From the human T2T-CHM13v2.0 reference genome, Homo sapiens, in the NCBI RefSeq assembly GCF_009914755.1, contig NC_060925.1: a DNA stretch of 64,000 nt, one strand, 5' to 3'. The notes under the pieces were generated by a model. The model did not search any database, was not told the origin of the DNA, and worked only from the letters and a program-made list of their open reading frames with translations. A program made the translations under genes and the position numbers. Shown here in pieces: positions 1-15,900 of this stretch (the stretch's first letter is position 1; each line of letters opens with the position of its first letter).

Positions 1-17
1 TATGTGCTTTTGCTTTT

Positions 18-314
18 TTTTCCCTTTCAAACAGCTTCTCGCTCTGTTGCCCAGGCTGGAGGGCAGTGGCATAATCATAGCTCACTGTAACCTCAAACTC
101 CTAGGCTCAAGCTAGCCTCCCGCCTCAGCCTCCCGAATAGCTGGGACTACTGCTACTACTGCACAATGACACTCAGCTAATTTTTAAATCTTTTTGTAGA
201 GACAGAGGTCTCACTCTGTTGTGCAGGCTGGTCTTGAGCTCCTGGCCTCTGGAGATCCTCCTGCCTTGGCCTCCCAAAGTGCTGGGATTACAGGCATGAG
301 CGCTGCATCTGGCC
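18..314 (-). mobile_element. Alu (AluJ-like)
   Basis: antisense Alu; TSD tgcttttgctttt at 5-17 and 315-327. Confidence 0.9.
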
Positions 315-1319
315 TGCTTTTGCTTTTATTTGTATTTTTTTTTCTCTGAGGGACCTCAAGATCACAGAATTGTATTAATCTTAATCCTTGGCTCATGGCA
401 CACTTATTGATGGTTTCTGCATATCTCTCCTCCATTAATTATGCATGTACGTATGTGTGTATTTTAATAATGTAACAAGCACCTGTGGACCTAACAGCCA
501 ATATGGAAGCTGAAACTTTGGCAATCAGTCACATCTAGCTGTGTGGTCCCCATCCCTTCTATCTGCTACCCCTTTCCCAAGGTAACTACCATCCTAAATA
601 TGGTGTGCATTTTCCTTCTCTCTCTTTTTAACATGGTCTTATTCGATCTGTCTATCTGTTTTTTAAAGGCATATATTTTTATTTTAGTTATTTATCTCAA
701 TATTATGTTAGGATTCCTCTGTGTTGCTGCACATCATCACAGTTCATTCACTGAGTGTCGCATTATAGTATTTTGTGTGACTATAACAGATCATTCATCT
801 ACTGTCTTTGAGGATGTGAATTTGGGATTTTCTCCAATTTTTGCTGTTGTAAACAATGTCAGACAAGATCTCCATGTACCTTTGGGGATTCATCTCCTAA
901 TAATATTTTCTTTCTGGCCAAGCTTACATCCTCACCTGTCTCTTAAAAATGCCATTGTATTTCCTGATCCTGCACTTTGCTCCTATTTTGTCTGTCCCTC
1001 TACACTTCTTTCTGCACATGAATTCTACACATTATCCAAAGCCAGTATGAAATTTCACCCTTTCTATGAAATTTCCGATTACCACTATAATTTGTAGGAT
1101 TGGTTTTTGCCTCTGAATGCTTGGGATAAAACATGTTTTATCCCAAACGCACTATTTGGTAAATATTATAACAATCATTCATTAACCACCTATAACATGC
1201 CAGACATGAATCCAAGAACTAGCCCTAGATCGTTTTATTTCTTTCTCAATACAACAGTATAATGTGGGGATTATCATTATTACTATTTTTCAGTCCAGTA
1301 ATTACACATTAATCATTCT

Positions 1320-1835
1320 AAGGGTCTGATTGCTGAAAGGACTCAAGGCTCCGTTTATCATCACCAGGCAAGAGATACCTATGGCAATGGCAGGAGAAGG
1401 ACATGCATTCAAAATGGTCCCAAAATGTTAGGCACAGGTTTCCTTGTCCTCTTTCCACTGGGTAGGGTCATACCAACTTCACTTAGTCTCTAGGTCTCAA
1501 ACCACCATCAGCATCTGGAAGTCCAAAGTCCGTTCTTGGTAAGGAATCTCTCACCATAACCTGGTCACTAGGCACATCTCAGCTATGTGACCAGCCTTAA
1601 CTGTTGAAACATCACCCCCTGCTCCCAACCTCTACTGAAACCAGATGCAAATCATAAATCCGGTTATTTCTAAACAATGATGACACACTGATACATCCTG
1701 CTCCAGAACAACTCACAGACCCATACAGAATAGCATTTGTCTTTAGTTAATAAGTACTATAGCATTAGCCAAGGGTCAGTAGCTCCCTGCATAAGAGCAT
1801 GAACAATCCAGACCAGTTGAGATTAACCCCAACTG
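1320..1835. mobile_element. Old LTR (MER21/MER77-like) apparently interrupting a MIR
   Basis: resembles recalled MER21-group LTR text; MIR-like pieces on both sides (~1180-1300 and ~1845-1950). Confidence 0.4.
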
Positions 1836-2604
1836 TGCACGCAGGTAAGGAAACCAAGGCTTAGAGAAGTGAAGTACTATCTTCCCCGAGGTCATCCCTC
1901 AAGAGTGATGGAGTTGTTCAGGGAAACTCCAGGGCCTGTGCCCTTTGGCAAGCTCTGAGCTATTCTGACTCTTAATGCAGTTAGTTGTGGCTTGCCCCAT
2001 CCACAAGATAGCATGTATTATGAAGAAAAGTTGTTTGTCTGCATCTTTGTATTTCTCCCAGCATCTAGCATAGTCCTACATGTAAGTAATATGCACCAAT
2101 AAACAGCTGGGCAGAATGACTAGCACACTTTCTCCTAGCTAGTGGGTAAGTTATCTCATGGCTCCCAGATGAGCAAAGCTCTGTTTTATCTCTGTACCTC
2201 TGTTCATGCGATTACTCTGACTTAGACTGTCTTCCAACTCTGCTGTCATGCACGAATCCACCCCTAAATTTTCAAGCCCATACTCATCTTCCCCTTTTCT
2301 AAACTTATATCATCATTAGCATATAATTCAGAAATTCTGAAAGTATTTTATATTTGTTTTTTAATCCAAAATAACATCATAAATTTCTTAATGACAAAGG
2401 GCTTTTATTTTATACATGTTCTTTAAAAGAATATGTGTACTGTTAGCCTTCTACGTATTATCCCCATGCCAAGAATATTGTGGATCAGCTATAGCACTTT
2501 CAGAATCAGTGTACCTATTCCTAAAAATGTGTTTTCACAGCCCAAGTGGTCACCAGATGAAATATATAGTATAATTACTTCCTTAATGTAGCCTTTGAAC
2601 ATCT

Positions 2605-3368
2605 CTAATCATTAAGGAAATGCAACTTAAAACTATAATGAGATACCACCTTGCACTCATTAGGATGGCTATGATAAAAAAAAAACGAAAATAGCAAGTG
2701 TTCTGGAGGATGTGGAGAAATTAGAACACTTGTCTACTGTTGGTGGAAGTGGTACAGCTACTGTGGAAAATAGTATGGTGGTTCCTCAAAGATTAAAATT
2801 ATAATTACCGTAAGATCTAGTAATTTCACTTCTGGGCATATACCCCAAATAGTGGATAGCAGGGTATTAAATAAATATTTGTACACCTAGGTTCATAATA
2901 CATTATATACAATAGCCAAAAGGTGGAAGCAACCCAAGCGTCCATCAACAGATGCATAGGTAAACAAAATGTGTTATATCACCCAAGGGCATATTACTCA
3001 GCCTTAAAAAGGAAACAAATTTTGACGTATGCTACGATAGGAATGACCCTTGAAGATATTATGCTGAGTGAAATAAGCCAGTCAGAAAAGGACACATACT
3101 GTATGTTTCCTCTTACAGGAGGTACCCAGAGTAGTCAAATTCAGAGAGACAGGAAATAGAATGATGGTTGCCAGGGGCTGAGAGGAGGGGAAATGGGGAG
3201 TTGCTTAATGGATACAGAGTTTCACTTTTGCAAGATGAAAAGAGTTCTGGAGATTGGTTGCACAACAATCTGAATGTACTTAACACACTTAACACTACTG
3301 AACTGTACATTTAAAAGTGGTTAAGGTGATATATTTATATTATGTGTATTTTACCATATTAAAAAATT
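2605..3368 (+). mobile_element. L1MB-type 3' fragment
   Basis: L1 ORF2 end and 3'UTR motifs (atgctgagtgaaataagccagtca...ctgaactgtacatttaaaa). Confidence 0.8.
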
Positions 3369-4401
3369 TTTATCGTAACCTATGTTTCTCATTGACTACC
3401 GATGTCATGAAGAAAGAAATCCAGGGGGCAGGTTTTAGCTATAGGGCTAGAGGATTTAAGCTCCCTCTTACTGGTATTTCTGGGGCTCCTATTCCGTGAG
3501 CACTAGGCAGTTATAAGATCTGGCTGGTGCTTATTTGGATATGTGTATGTAGCAAATGGAGAAATCCTTAACTCCCTCTTTCTCTATCATTCTCCAAGGG
3601 ACCCACACTGCATTGCATTTCAACTTCTCTGCAAAAAATTACAGCTCTTTCTTACCTAAGAACATAGTAAGAGATGTTTTATCATAGTAATACTAGATTT
3701 TCAACCAAGTTTAGATGACTGAACACTCAGAAGATGTCCTTACTCAATTAGGCACACAGGTTACTCTGGTTAAGAACAATACCAAATTCTCTAGGGGCCA
3801 GACTGGGAAGGCATTAGTGTGGTACTCATCTTGTTGGCCGAGAATATCTGACTCCCTTCCTGTAGAAGAGAGGCTAGCTGGGCTAGATGGGGTTGGGGGT
3901 TGCTTAATGGATGATGCAGGAAAACCTAATAGTCATCTTTAGCAAATGATGCTCAAGGGCAAACATCAAGACTATGTCTAAGTAATAATACTATAATCGA
4001 AGTGGAATCATATGTTCAAAGCCATATGCACCTGAGATCCATTTCTGCCTCCTGAAATGCATCTCAGACCCTGAAAACATGAAAGTGATATTAACTAAGG
4101 ACTAGTGAATTACTAATGTACATCTGCAAGTATTCTGAAATGGGGAGGGAAATTCCACAGGGAAGCTTGTATGAAATCTGATTCAAATGTTTATGTGTGC
4201 ACAGAAGAGCTATAGAACTGACTTAAGCTAAACAAAATGAAGAAACCTATTTATTCTCAACACTCGTCTATGTTGAGGTAAATTTCCCATTCATTCCAGG
4301 TCATCTGTGATTATAAATGATGGGTTATTCATTAATTCATTTGATCATTTATTCAGAAAACATTATATTGAATTCCTCCTATGTGCCAGGCACTGTGCAA
4401 G

Positions 4402-4590
4402 TGTTACTGGTGGAGGGTCTTGACTACCAATCTAACTACAAGTCCAGATTCTTGGTGTTTTGAACAAAGGCACAAACAATGCAACAGAAGGACAAAGTAA
4501 TGAAAGAATCAACAAACATGTAGACTTATTGAAGTGAAAGTACACTCCACAGAGAGGGAACTGGCTCAAGCAAGTGGCTCAAGAACCTCA
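4402..4590 (-). mobile_element. Truncated ERV1 LTR (MER51/MER61-like), preceded by an L2 3' end (~4325-4401)
   Basis: tgttactggtggagggtcttgactac...ttattgaagtgaaagtacactccacag. Confidence 0.6.
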
Positions 4591-4809
4591 GCGGCAAGGT
4601 TCCAAGATGGCCAAAGAGGAACAGCTCCAGTCTACAGCTCCCAGCGTGAGCAATGCAGAAGATGGGTGATTTCTGCATTTCAAACTGAAGTACCTGGTTC
4701 ATATCACTGGGGCTTGTTGGACAGTGAGTGCAGCCCATGGAGTGTGAGTCGAAGCAGAGCAGGGCATTGCCTTTCCTGGGAAGCACAAGGGGTCAGGGAA
4801 TTCCCTTTC

Positions 4810-5067
4810 CTAGCCAAGGGAAGCTGTGACAGACAGTTCACACACAGGTTTCCTTGTCCTCTTTCCACTGGGTAGGGTGGAAAATCGGGACACTCCCACC
4901 CTAATACTGTGTTTTTCCAATGGTCTTAGCAAATGGTACTCCAGGAGATTATATCCCACAACTGGCTTGGAGAATCCTATACCCATGGAGCCTCGCTCAC
5001 TGCTAGCACAGCCTTCTGAGGTCAAACGGCAAGGTGGCAGCAAGGCTTGAAGAGGGGCGTCCACCAT
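4810..5067 (-). CDS. L1 ORF0-like antisense ORF (85 aa) with a non-L1 C-terminal segment
   Basis: gcaATGg start; MVDAPLQALLPPCRLTSEGCASSERGSMG...IRVGVSRFS parallels recalled ORF0 (MAGAPPPASLPPCSLISDCCAS...IRVGVTRFS); expression unknown. Confidence 0.5.
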   Translation of the reverse strand: MVDAPLQALLPPCRLTSEGCASSERGSMGIGFSKPVVGYNLLEYHLLRPLEKHSIRVGVSRFSTLPSGKRTRKPVCELSVTASLG

Positions 5068-5642
5068 TGCTGAGGCTTCAGTAGGCAAACAAAGTGGCCG
5101 GGAAGCTTGAACTGGGTGGAGCCCACCACAGCTCAAGGAGGCCTGCTTGCCTCTGTAGACTCCACCTCTGGGGACAGGGCATAGCTGAATAAAAGGAAGC
5201 AGAAACTTCTACAGACTTCAACGTCCCTGTCTGACAGCTTTGCAGAGAGTAGTGGTTCTCCCAGCATGGAGTTTGAGATCTGAGAATGGACAGACTGCCT
5301 CTTCAAGTGGGTCCATGACCCCCGAGTAGCCTAACTGGGAGGCACTTCCCAGTAGGGGCCAACTGACACCTCATACAGCTCGGTACCCCTCTGAGACGAA
5401 GCTTCCAGAGGTAGAATTAGGCACCAACATTTACTGTTCTGCAATATTTGCTGTTCTGCAGCCTTGGCTGGTGATACCCAGGCAAACAGGGTCTGGAGTG
5501 GACCTCCGGCAAACTCCAACAGACCTGCAGCAGAAGGTCCTGAGTATTAGAAGGAAAACTAACAAACAGAAAGGACATCCACACCAAAACCCCATCTGTA
5601 GGTCACCACCATCAAAAACCAAAGATAGATAAAACCACAAAG

Positions 5643-6666
5643 ATGGGGAGAAACCAGAGCAGAAAAGCTGAAAATTCTAAAAATCAGAGTGCCTCTTCTC
5701 CTCCAAAGGAATGCAGCTCCTCGCCAGCAACAGAATAAAACTGGACGGAGAATGATTTTGACAAGTTGACTGAAGTAGGCTTCAGACGATCAGTAATGAC
5801 AAACTTCTCCGAGCCAAAGGAGGATGGTCGAACCCTTCACAAAGGAACTAAAAACCTTGAAAAAAGATTAGATGAATGGCTGACCAGAATAAACAGTGTA
5901 GAGAAGACCTTAAATGACCTGATGGAGCTGAAAACCATGGCAAGAGCAATATGTGACACATGCACAAGCTTCAGTAACCAATTCAATCAAGTGGAAGAAA
6001 GGGTATCAGTGATTGAATATCAAATGAATGAAATGAAGCAAGAAGAGAAGTTTAGAGAAAAAAGAGTAAAAAGAAATGAACAAAGTCTCCAAGAAATATG
6101 GGACTATGTGAAAAGACCAAATCTACATCTGATTGGTGTACCTGAAAGTGACGGGGAGAATGGAACCAAGTTGGAAAACACTCTTCAGGATATTAACCAG
6201 GAGAATTTCCCCAACCTAGCAAGGCAGGCCAACATTCAAATTCAGGAAATACAGTGAACGCCACAAAGATACTCCTCGAGAAGAACAACTCCAAGACACA
6301 TAGTTGTCAGATTCACCAAAGTTGAAATGAAGGGAAAAATGTTAAAGGCAGCCAGAGAGAAACGTCAGGTAAACCACAATGGCAAGCCCATCAGACTAAC
6401 AGCGGCTCTCTCGACAGAAACTCTACAAGCCAGAAGAGAGTGGGGGCCAATATTCAACATTCTTAAAGAAAGAATTTTCAACCCAGAATTTCACATCCAG
6501 CCAAACTAAGCTCATAAGTGAAGGAGAAATAAAAGCCTTTACAGACAAGCAAATGCTGAGAGATTTTGTCGCCACCAGGCCTGCCTTACAAGAGCTCCTG
6601 AAGGAAGCACTAAACATGGAAAGGAAAAACGAGTTCCAGCCACTGCAAAACCATGCCAAATTGTAA
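5643..6666 (+). pseudogene. L1 ORF1p, disrupted
   Basis: ATGGGGAGAAAC start; ORF1 peptides in the ORF track (QEIWDYVKRPNL); premature stops and frameshifts. Confidence 0.9.
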
Positions 6667-6729
6667 AGACCATCCAGGCTAGGAAGAAACTGCATCAACT
6701 AATGAGCAAAATAACCAGCTCACATCATA

Positions 6730-10555
<3,826 letters not shown>

Positions 10556-10799
10556 ACAATGAGAACACTTGGACACAGGGTGGGAAATATCACACACTGG
10601 GGCCTGTCTTGGGGTGGGGGTACGGGGGAGGGATAGCATTAGGAGATATACCTAATGTAAATGATGAGTTAACTAGTGCAGCACACCAGCATGGCACATG
10701 TATACATATGCAACAAACCTGCACGCTATGCATATGTACCCTAGAACTTAAAGTATAATTATAAAAAATAAATAACTAAATAATTTTTAAAAAGCACCT

Positions 10800-11170
10800 A
10801 AGAAAAAACTTTTAAAAATGAACACAGCCTCAATGACCTGTAGTACAATATAAATGTTTGAATATACATATAATTACCATCCCAGAAAAGGAAATGGAGG
10901 AGGTAGAAAAAATATTTGAAGAAATGATGGCCAAAACCGTTTACCTTTGATAAAAACTACAAACCAACAACTTCAAGAAGCTCAGTTAACTCCAAACAGT
11001 ATAAACCAATGCAAATCATGCTAAAGTATGTCATAATCACATGCTTAAAATCAATGATAAAGAGGATATCTTAAAGATAGAGAATTAGTGACACATTACA
11101 TATAAAAATAAAGACAGCAACAAGACTGAAGACAAAGGAGCAGTATCTTAAAGTACTAAAAGAAACATAA
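10800..11170 (+). mobile_element. Old L1M ORF1 fragment
   Basis: gaaaaaatatttgaagaaatgatggccaaaac...caagaagctcag, typical of L1M ORF1. Confidence 0.6.
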
Positions 11171-11329
11171 TATGCCCTAATCCATGAACAATCGTTTTCC
11201 ATTCCTGTGGCAGAGATAGCTAAATGTTACCAAATACGTGTGATTCCCATCAATGTAGATTCATTGCTGAAAAACAACTGCCCAGCCAGGTTCTTGTGTA
11301 TTTCTCCTTTTTTCCCTGTCTCTTAATCT

Positions 11330-12230
11330 TTAAATCAAACCCTGACACCTTGAAATATCTAGCAGAGGCAAATATAAAACTTAATTAATCAGTAAACCCA
11401 GACAAAAGTGTATGCTGACAATTTTGAAGACATTTCTATTTTTATTTCACCAATAATTTTAAAGCCAGCTTATTTATTAAAGATTACTGAATTCACACGA
11501 ACCTTGTGAAAAGCATTTGGACTGAATTTATGAGTACTCATTTACTTATAAGCCAGTTTGGTAGCCATGTTAGACACGACACATAACATAATACATGTAC
11601 AGGCACAAATATATTTAAACATGTATACACACACAAACAAAAATCCAAGAGGCTTTACCTCAGAACTCTAGCTATGAGACAGCATTACAAACTCATTGTT
11701 TTACAAAAGACAGCTGGGTCCAAATTATTTCTGATACAATTGGGACCTGCTCACATGGTTATACTTTGTTTGCACTGTTAGGTAATCCAGTGAAATCTGT
11801 AGAGCAAAATTTTGGGTAAAGCAGTTTCTATAGAAATTCTATCTTAAAAAACATCCTTACCCTTCTTTCCCCTTCCGTTTCATTTAGTTTTTAATGTTTA
11901 CATTTTGGCAAGAACTGGCTGAACTGTATAAAAAACCAAAGTTTCCAAGTGGCCTTAAACTGGCAATACCATAAACTGTGAGTTTTATGTAAATACCATA
12001 GCTTAATAATAAGAGATTCAAAGCAGGTACAAAGGAAATAGAGAAATAGATGACAGTTTTAGAAGACTTTACATAACTCTATAGTTACAGGTCAACCATT
12101 TGAGCTCTAAGTTTTTCTTGTTATAATTTGTCCATCAATTTTAAAATGTGCACAGGAACGGGCCAAAATATGTAACCATCTGGAGTCACAGAAAACCTGG
12201 GATGCTTTTGAACTTCTGCAGGAGTTTCTA
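11330..12230 (-). mobile_element. ERV1 (MER4-group) internal fragment
   Basis: resembles recalled MER4-group internal sequence (aaagccagcttatttattaaag..., ctctatagttacaggtcaaccatttgagctc). Confidence 0.55.
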
Positions 12231-12533
12231 CCCTTTTTCTTGATCTAATTATTTATCAGTAGCTAGCCTTATTGCAACAACAGTGTGCTTGCTACCCTCA
12301 TGGTACTTTAATATCTTAACTTCTTCCAAGATGTGCTCAGTCCCTGCCAGGTTTTTCTGAGCATCCCTATAGTCATGTGGCGTTCCGCAAAGGCTGAGCA
12401 GTCAGGCAACTCCACCCTACGTGCATGTTGCCAACAACCTTGGGATTCCTCCCACAGATACCTCTTCCTGACTCCTTATTTTGTCTCTTGGATCCTGTTC
12501 ATCATGCCAATTGTTATAAGAAAAGCTTGGGAC

Positions 12534-12913
12534 TGTAACATCCCCCCACAAACTGGGAAAAAACTGAGACACCAAAGAATCATTTGGGCAAATCCAGCAT
12601 GATGAATAGATGCGTTTATTAGAACTTAATATATAGGACATTCCTGGTTGGTGGCAGGACAGCCCTAGAGACCTGTGCCACCTCCCTTCTCTAAACTGCT
12701 TTTAAGCTAGTTTTCTGGCTCTCTGCCTGTGGTGTTTGAATGATGAGACTGTTTTTCTTGGTAGATTTTCAGATACTCTCCAGGATGTTTGGGTTCTCAG
12801 GGACATCTGCTCCTTGGCTGGGCACCATGGCCTTGGCTCAGTGCCCAGACTTCAAGATTTAGGCGGTGGAAATACAACCTTAAGTAACCTGGTGGAGGAC
12901 CTATCACAGAACA
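12534..12913 (-). mobile_element. Solo LTR (LTR47-like)
   Basis: TG...CA termini; ggatgtttgggttctcagggacatctgctccttggctgggcaccatgg. Confidence 0.55.
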
Positions 12914-15900
12914 ATATTTCTTTAAAGAAAGATATGGTTTGGACCTATGTGAAAGCATAAGAAGGGAGATCATCTTTTTACTCTTTTATCCCATCTGTAT
13001 ACACTGCTGACACAACTAATATGATTAAGTACATAGTAGGTAATTCTAAAACAGAACCTGACATGAAGCCATCATTTCTGAAGTCCATACATTACACATT
13101 GGAGAATAACTTAAGTTTATAAAAATCCAACATTCTATTTTTTTTAATACTAAAGCTCCTCCAAATGTTCAATTTATTTATTTTAAAGGTGTTGGCTTAA
13201 TGTGGTGACACAACTTTACTGTCAGAGGTGATATAATGTCATTGCATTACAGAGTCAAGAGACCATTTCTGTATGCAGATGTGTGTATGCATGCATGCAC
13301 ATGTGTGTGTAATATATATATGAGGAAGATAAGTAGCTCATGTGTTGCTTATTGTGATTAGAGGCTTATTGTGTTTACTCTAAGAAATCAATAAACAGCT
13401 TCCAGATTTATAATGAATTGTGCAATTGTGCTACTGACGTGCATTTCAAGCAAAATTTGCTATGTGTTTCTGATTTGCTTAAACTTAATTCATGAAAACA
13501 TTGTTTCATAAGAGCTATTTCAACTCTCAAGCTACTTTTAAGTTCTGTTTGGGGCTTTTCTCTCAAATATTAAATCATGTTTTTGTAAAAGCAAAGAAAA
13601 TTCAGAGTATTCAAATTAAAGTATGAAATGTGGTAGCTGTGAAGCTCTTGGCAGTTCTTAATTTCAAACTAATTCGTTTACCTCACCATGAAATATGAGT
13701 TTTTTAAGCATTCTATTTCATTGTAAAAGGCCTCTTTTTTCTTACTTAGGAGCTGTGTGCTTGGCTACCACAAGAGTTTGATTAGATATTTGTGTTGCAC
13801 TATTGATAAGAATACCGAGCACTCCACTATACCAAAAAAGAGAGGTATCAGTTGGATAACCCAATTACTCAGATTTGATCATTAAGTATCCTGGGTTAGC
13901 TATGACTTGAAATTGGCCTCTAATTCAAAAGAAAGCCCATTAAAGAAAGAAATTTCTGACTGAGATAAATATTTGCCTCAAGACCAATTTTCCTTGCTTA
14001 GAACCTCAAATCCATTTTCTTTGTTCCCTTGCTTTGATTCTTTTGTTTCTGTGGTGCTCTTAGCTTCTGATTCTGAACTTTTGAACACTTATTTTCCTGG
14101 CTTTCAGTAACTCTGAATGTCCCTATGTTTCACTACTGTATCACTAGTACTTTGACTTTCAAATTCTGTGAGTCTGTGCACCAGGGACTTGAACAACCTT
14201 ACCCCTGGAGGTCAGTTGCTCCCTGTCCATTTGCATGAGACAATACTTCCTTCATCTACCGACACATAGGCTGATAGAAAGAAATGGCTTTGGCCATTCC
14301 ATCCTCATAGGATACTCTAAATAAGTTAGAAGAAGTAAAGAGAATTAAAAAATGAGGTGTTTCACAGTTTTCATACCTCCCACTCTGTCATGGGAAATTC
14401 AGCATGCTTGCTTACCTCTGTCAGGGAAGAAAAGAAGCTGACCTCTCAGTGCCTTGAATGAGAAAGGGTACGTTGCCAGTGGAGTAACGACTATCAATTA
14501 TTTTGCATTTTGCAGATACTGGATTTTTGAAAGGAGAGAAAGAATGGCCAAATGGCCAGAATGTGCCTACAGAGCTTGATCATGAATGAACATCTTTTTG
14601 GCCTAAGGTAAGGAGAGATTTGCTTTCTAGTTCTGCCCTGACTACTAACAAGTTAAAAGAAAAACACCTCATCAGTGGAAGCCATAAAAACAATGTGGCT
14701 ATTATAAGGTTATTCCTAATATTATATTAAATAAAACATAAAGAGACTTTGTTGAGCTTTCTGACTAATGCCCATCTCTTAGAATTCTACATCTTTTATT
14801 CATTGTCCTTTAAAAATAACTGATGAATTTGATCACTGTTAGGGAAAAAGATGTCTCATCTTCTCTCTGGCCAGCGAATCCTGTTAAATATTGACAACTT
14901 CTGAATTATAAAAGTAAATTTTCTCATTTGTTTCTAACCTAGAGTATTCCCAGATTACCCAAGCTTGTCTACATTGCTAATTATGAACCAACACTGACTT
15001 GTCCTCTCCAAATGGTATTTAATGAATACAGAAATCAAGAATAGAAGGATGCCTAAGGAATGTAGAATATAAAATTTGATATTATAATTTAAATAACATT
15101 TAAGTTCCATTTCCACATAGGATGTAAAGAACCACAAGATAATGTTGCTCCCACTCTAACAATGAGAAAAAGCTGAGTAATATTTTTCTATAGAGTCCAT
15201 CATAGAGCTGAGTCCACAAAGCAACTAGGTAAGCTAAAGTTGAAGGCATGAAAAGCCCTATGAAGAGAGAAGGTGACCCATATACAGTTTCACTTATGGT
15301 AGAGCAGGAAAGGATAAGGTGGTTGTTCTAAGAGACACCTTAAAGCAAGGAAAAAGAAAGAAATTGAAATGTTTAAAAACTCTTAAAGGCTGAGTGTAGG
15401 CAAATGTGATAATTTACAGTTACTAGGAGCTCCAGAAATAACCAGCTCACAAGTTCTTTTGCACAGGCCTCAAATGGATGATTATAATAAATTCTGGGGG
15501 CAAAAGAGAAGGTGGAGGAGAGTACTTCTTGTTGATGTCCCGTGGGAAGTTCAGGAAACCCTCCCTTTTCCCCCATAACCCAGAGAAAGGTCTACTGATT
15601 CTGAAGGAAGCAAAAGCTTTTGCCCTGCAAGGGAGCAGGAAATCCCTGAGGCTCAGACCTTGCAGTTACAAAGTGAAAATCTATTAATGCTGGCAGGAAT
15701 AGTGAGAAGAAGGAGGTTGCGAAACTCTGTACTGCTCACAACCTTTCACAGAAACATAGCAGAGTTGGGTACTGTAACAAGGAAGTGGTAGGAATACTGA
15801 GAAACCTTCACCCGCAAAGTTCAAGAGTACAGGGCTAGCCTATGACTGAGGCTGAATCAGGGCAACTGATAATTCATTCCCTTCACCATAATCCCACAAA

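Noticed and set aside
543-1097. 184-aa hydrophobic ORF
   Set aside because: GTG start, T-rich antisense old-L1-like sequence, no recognisable domain or splice context.
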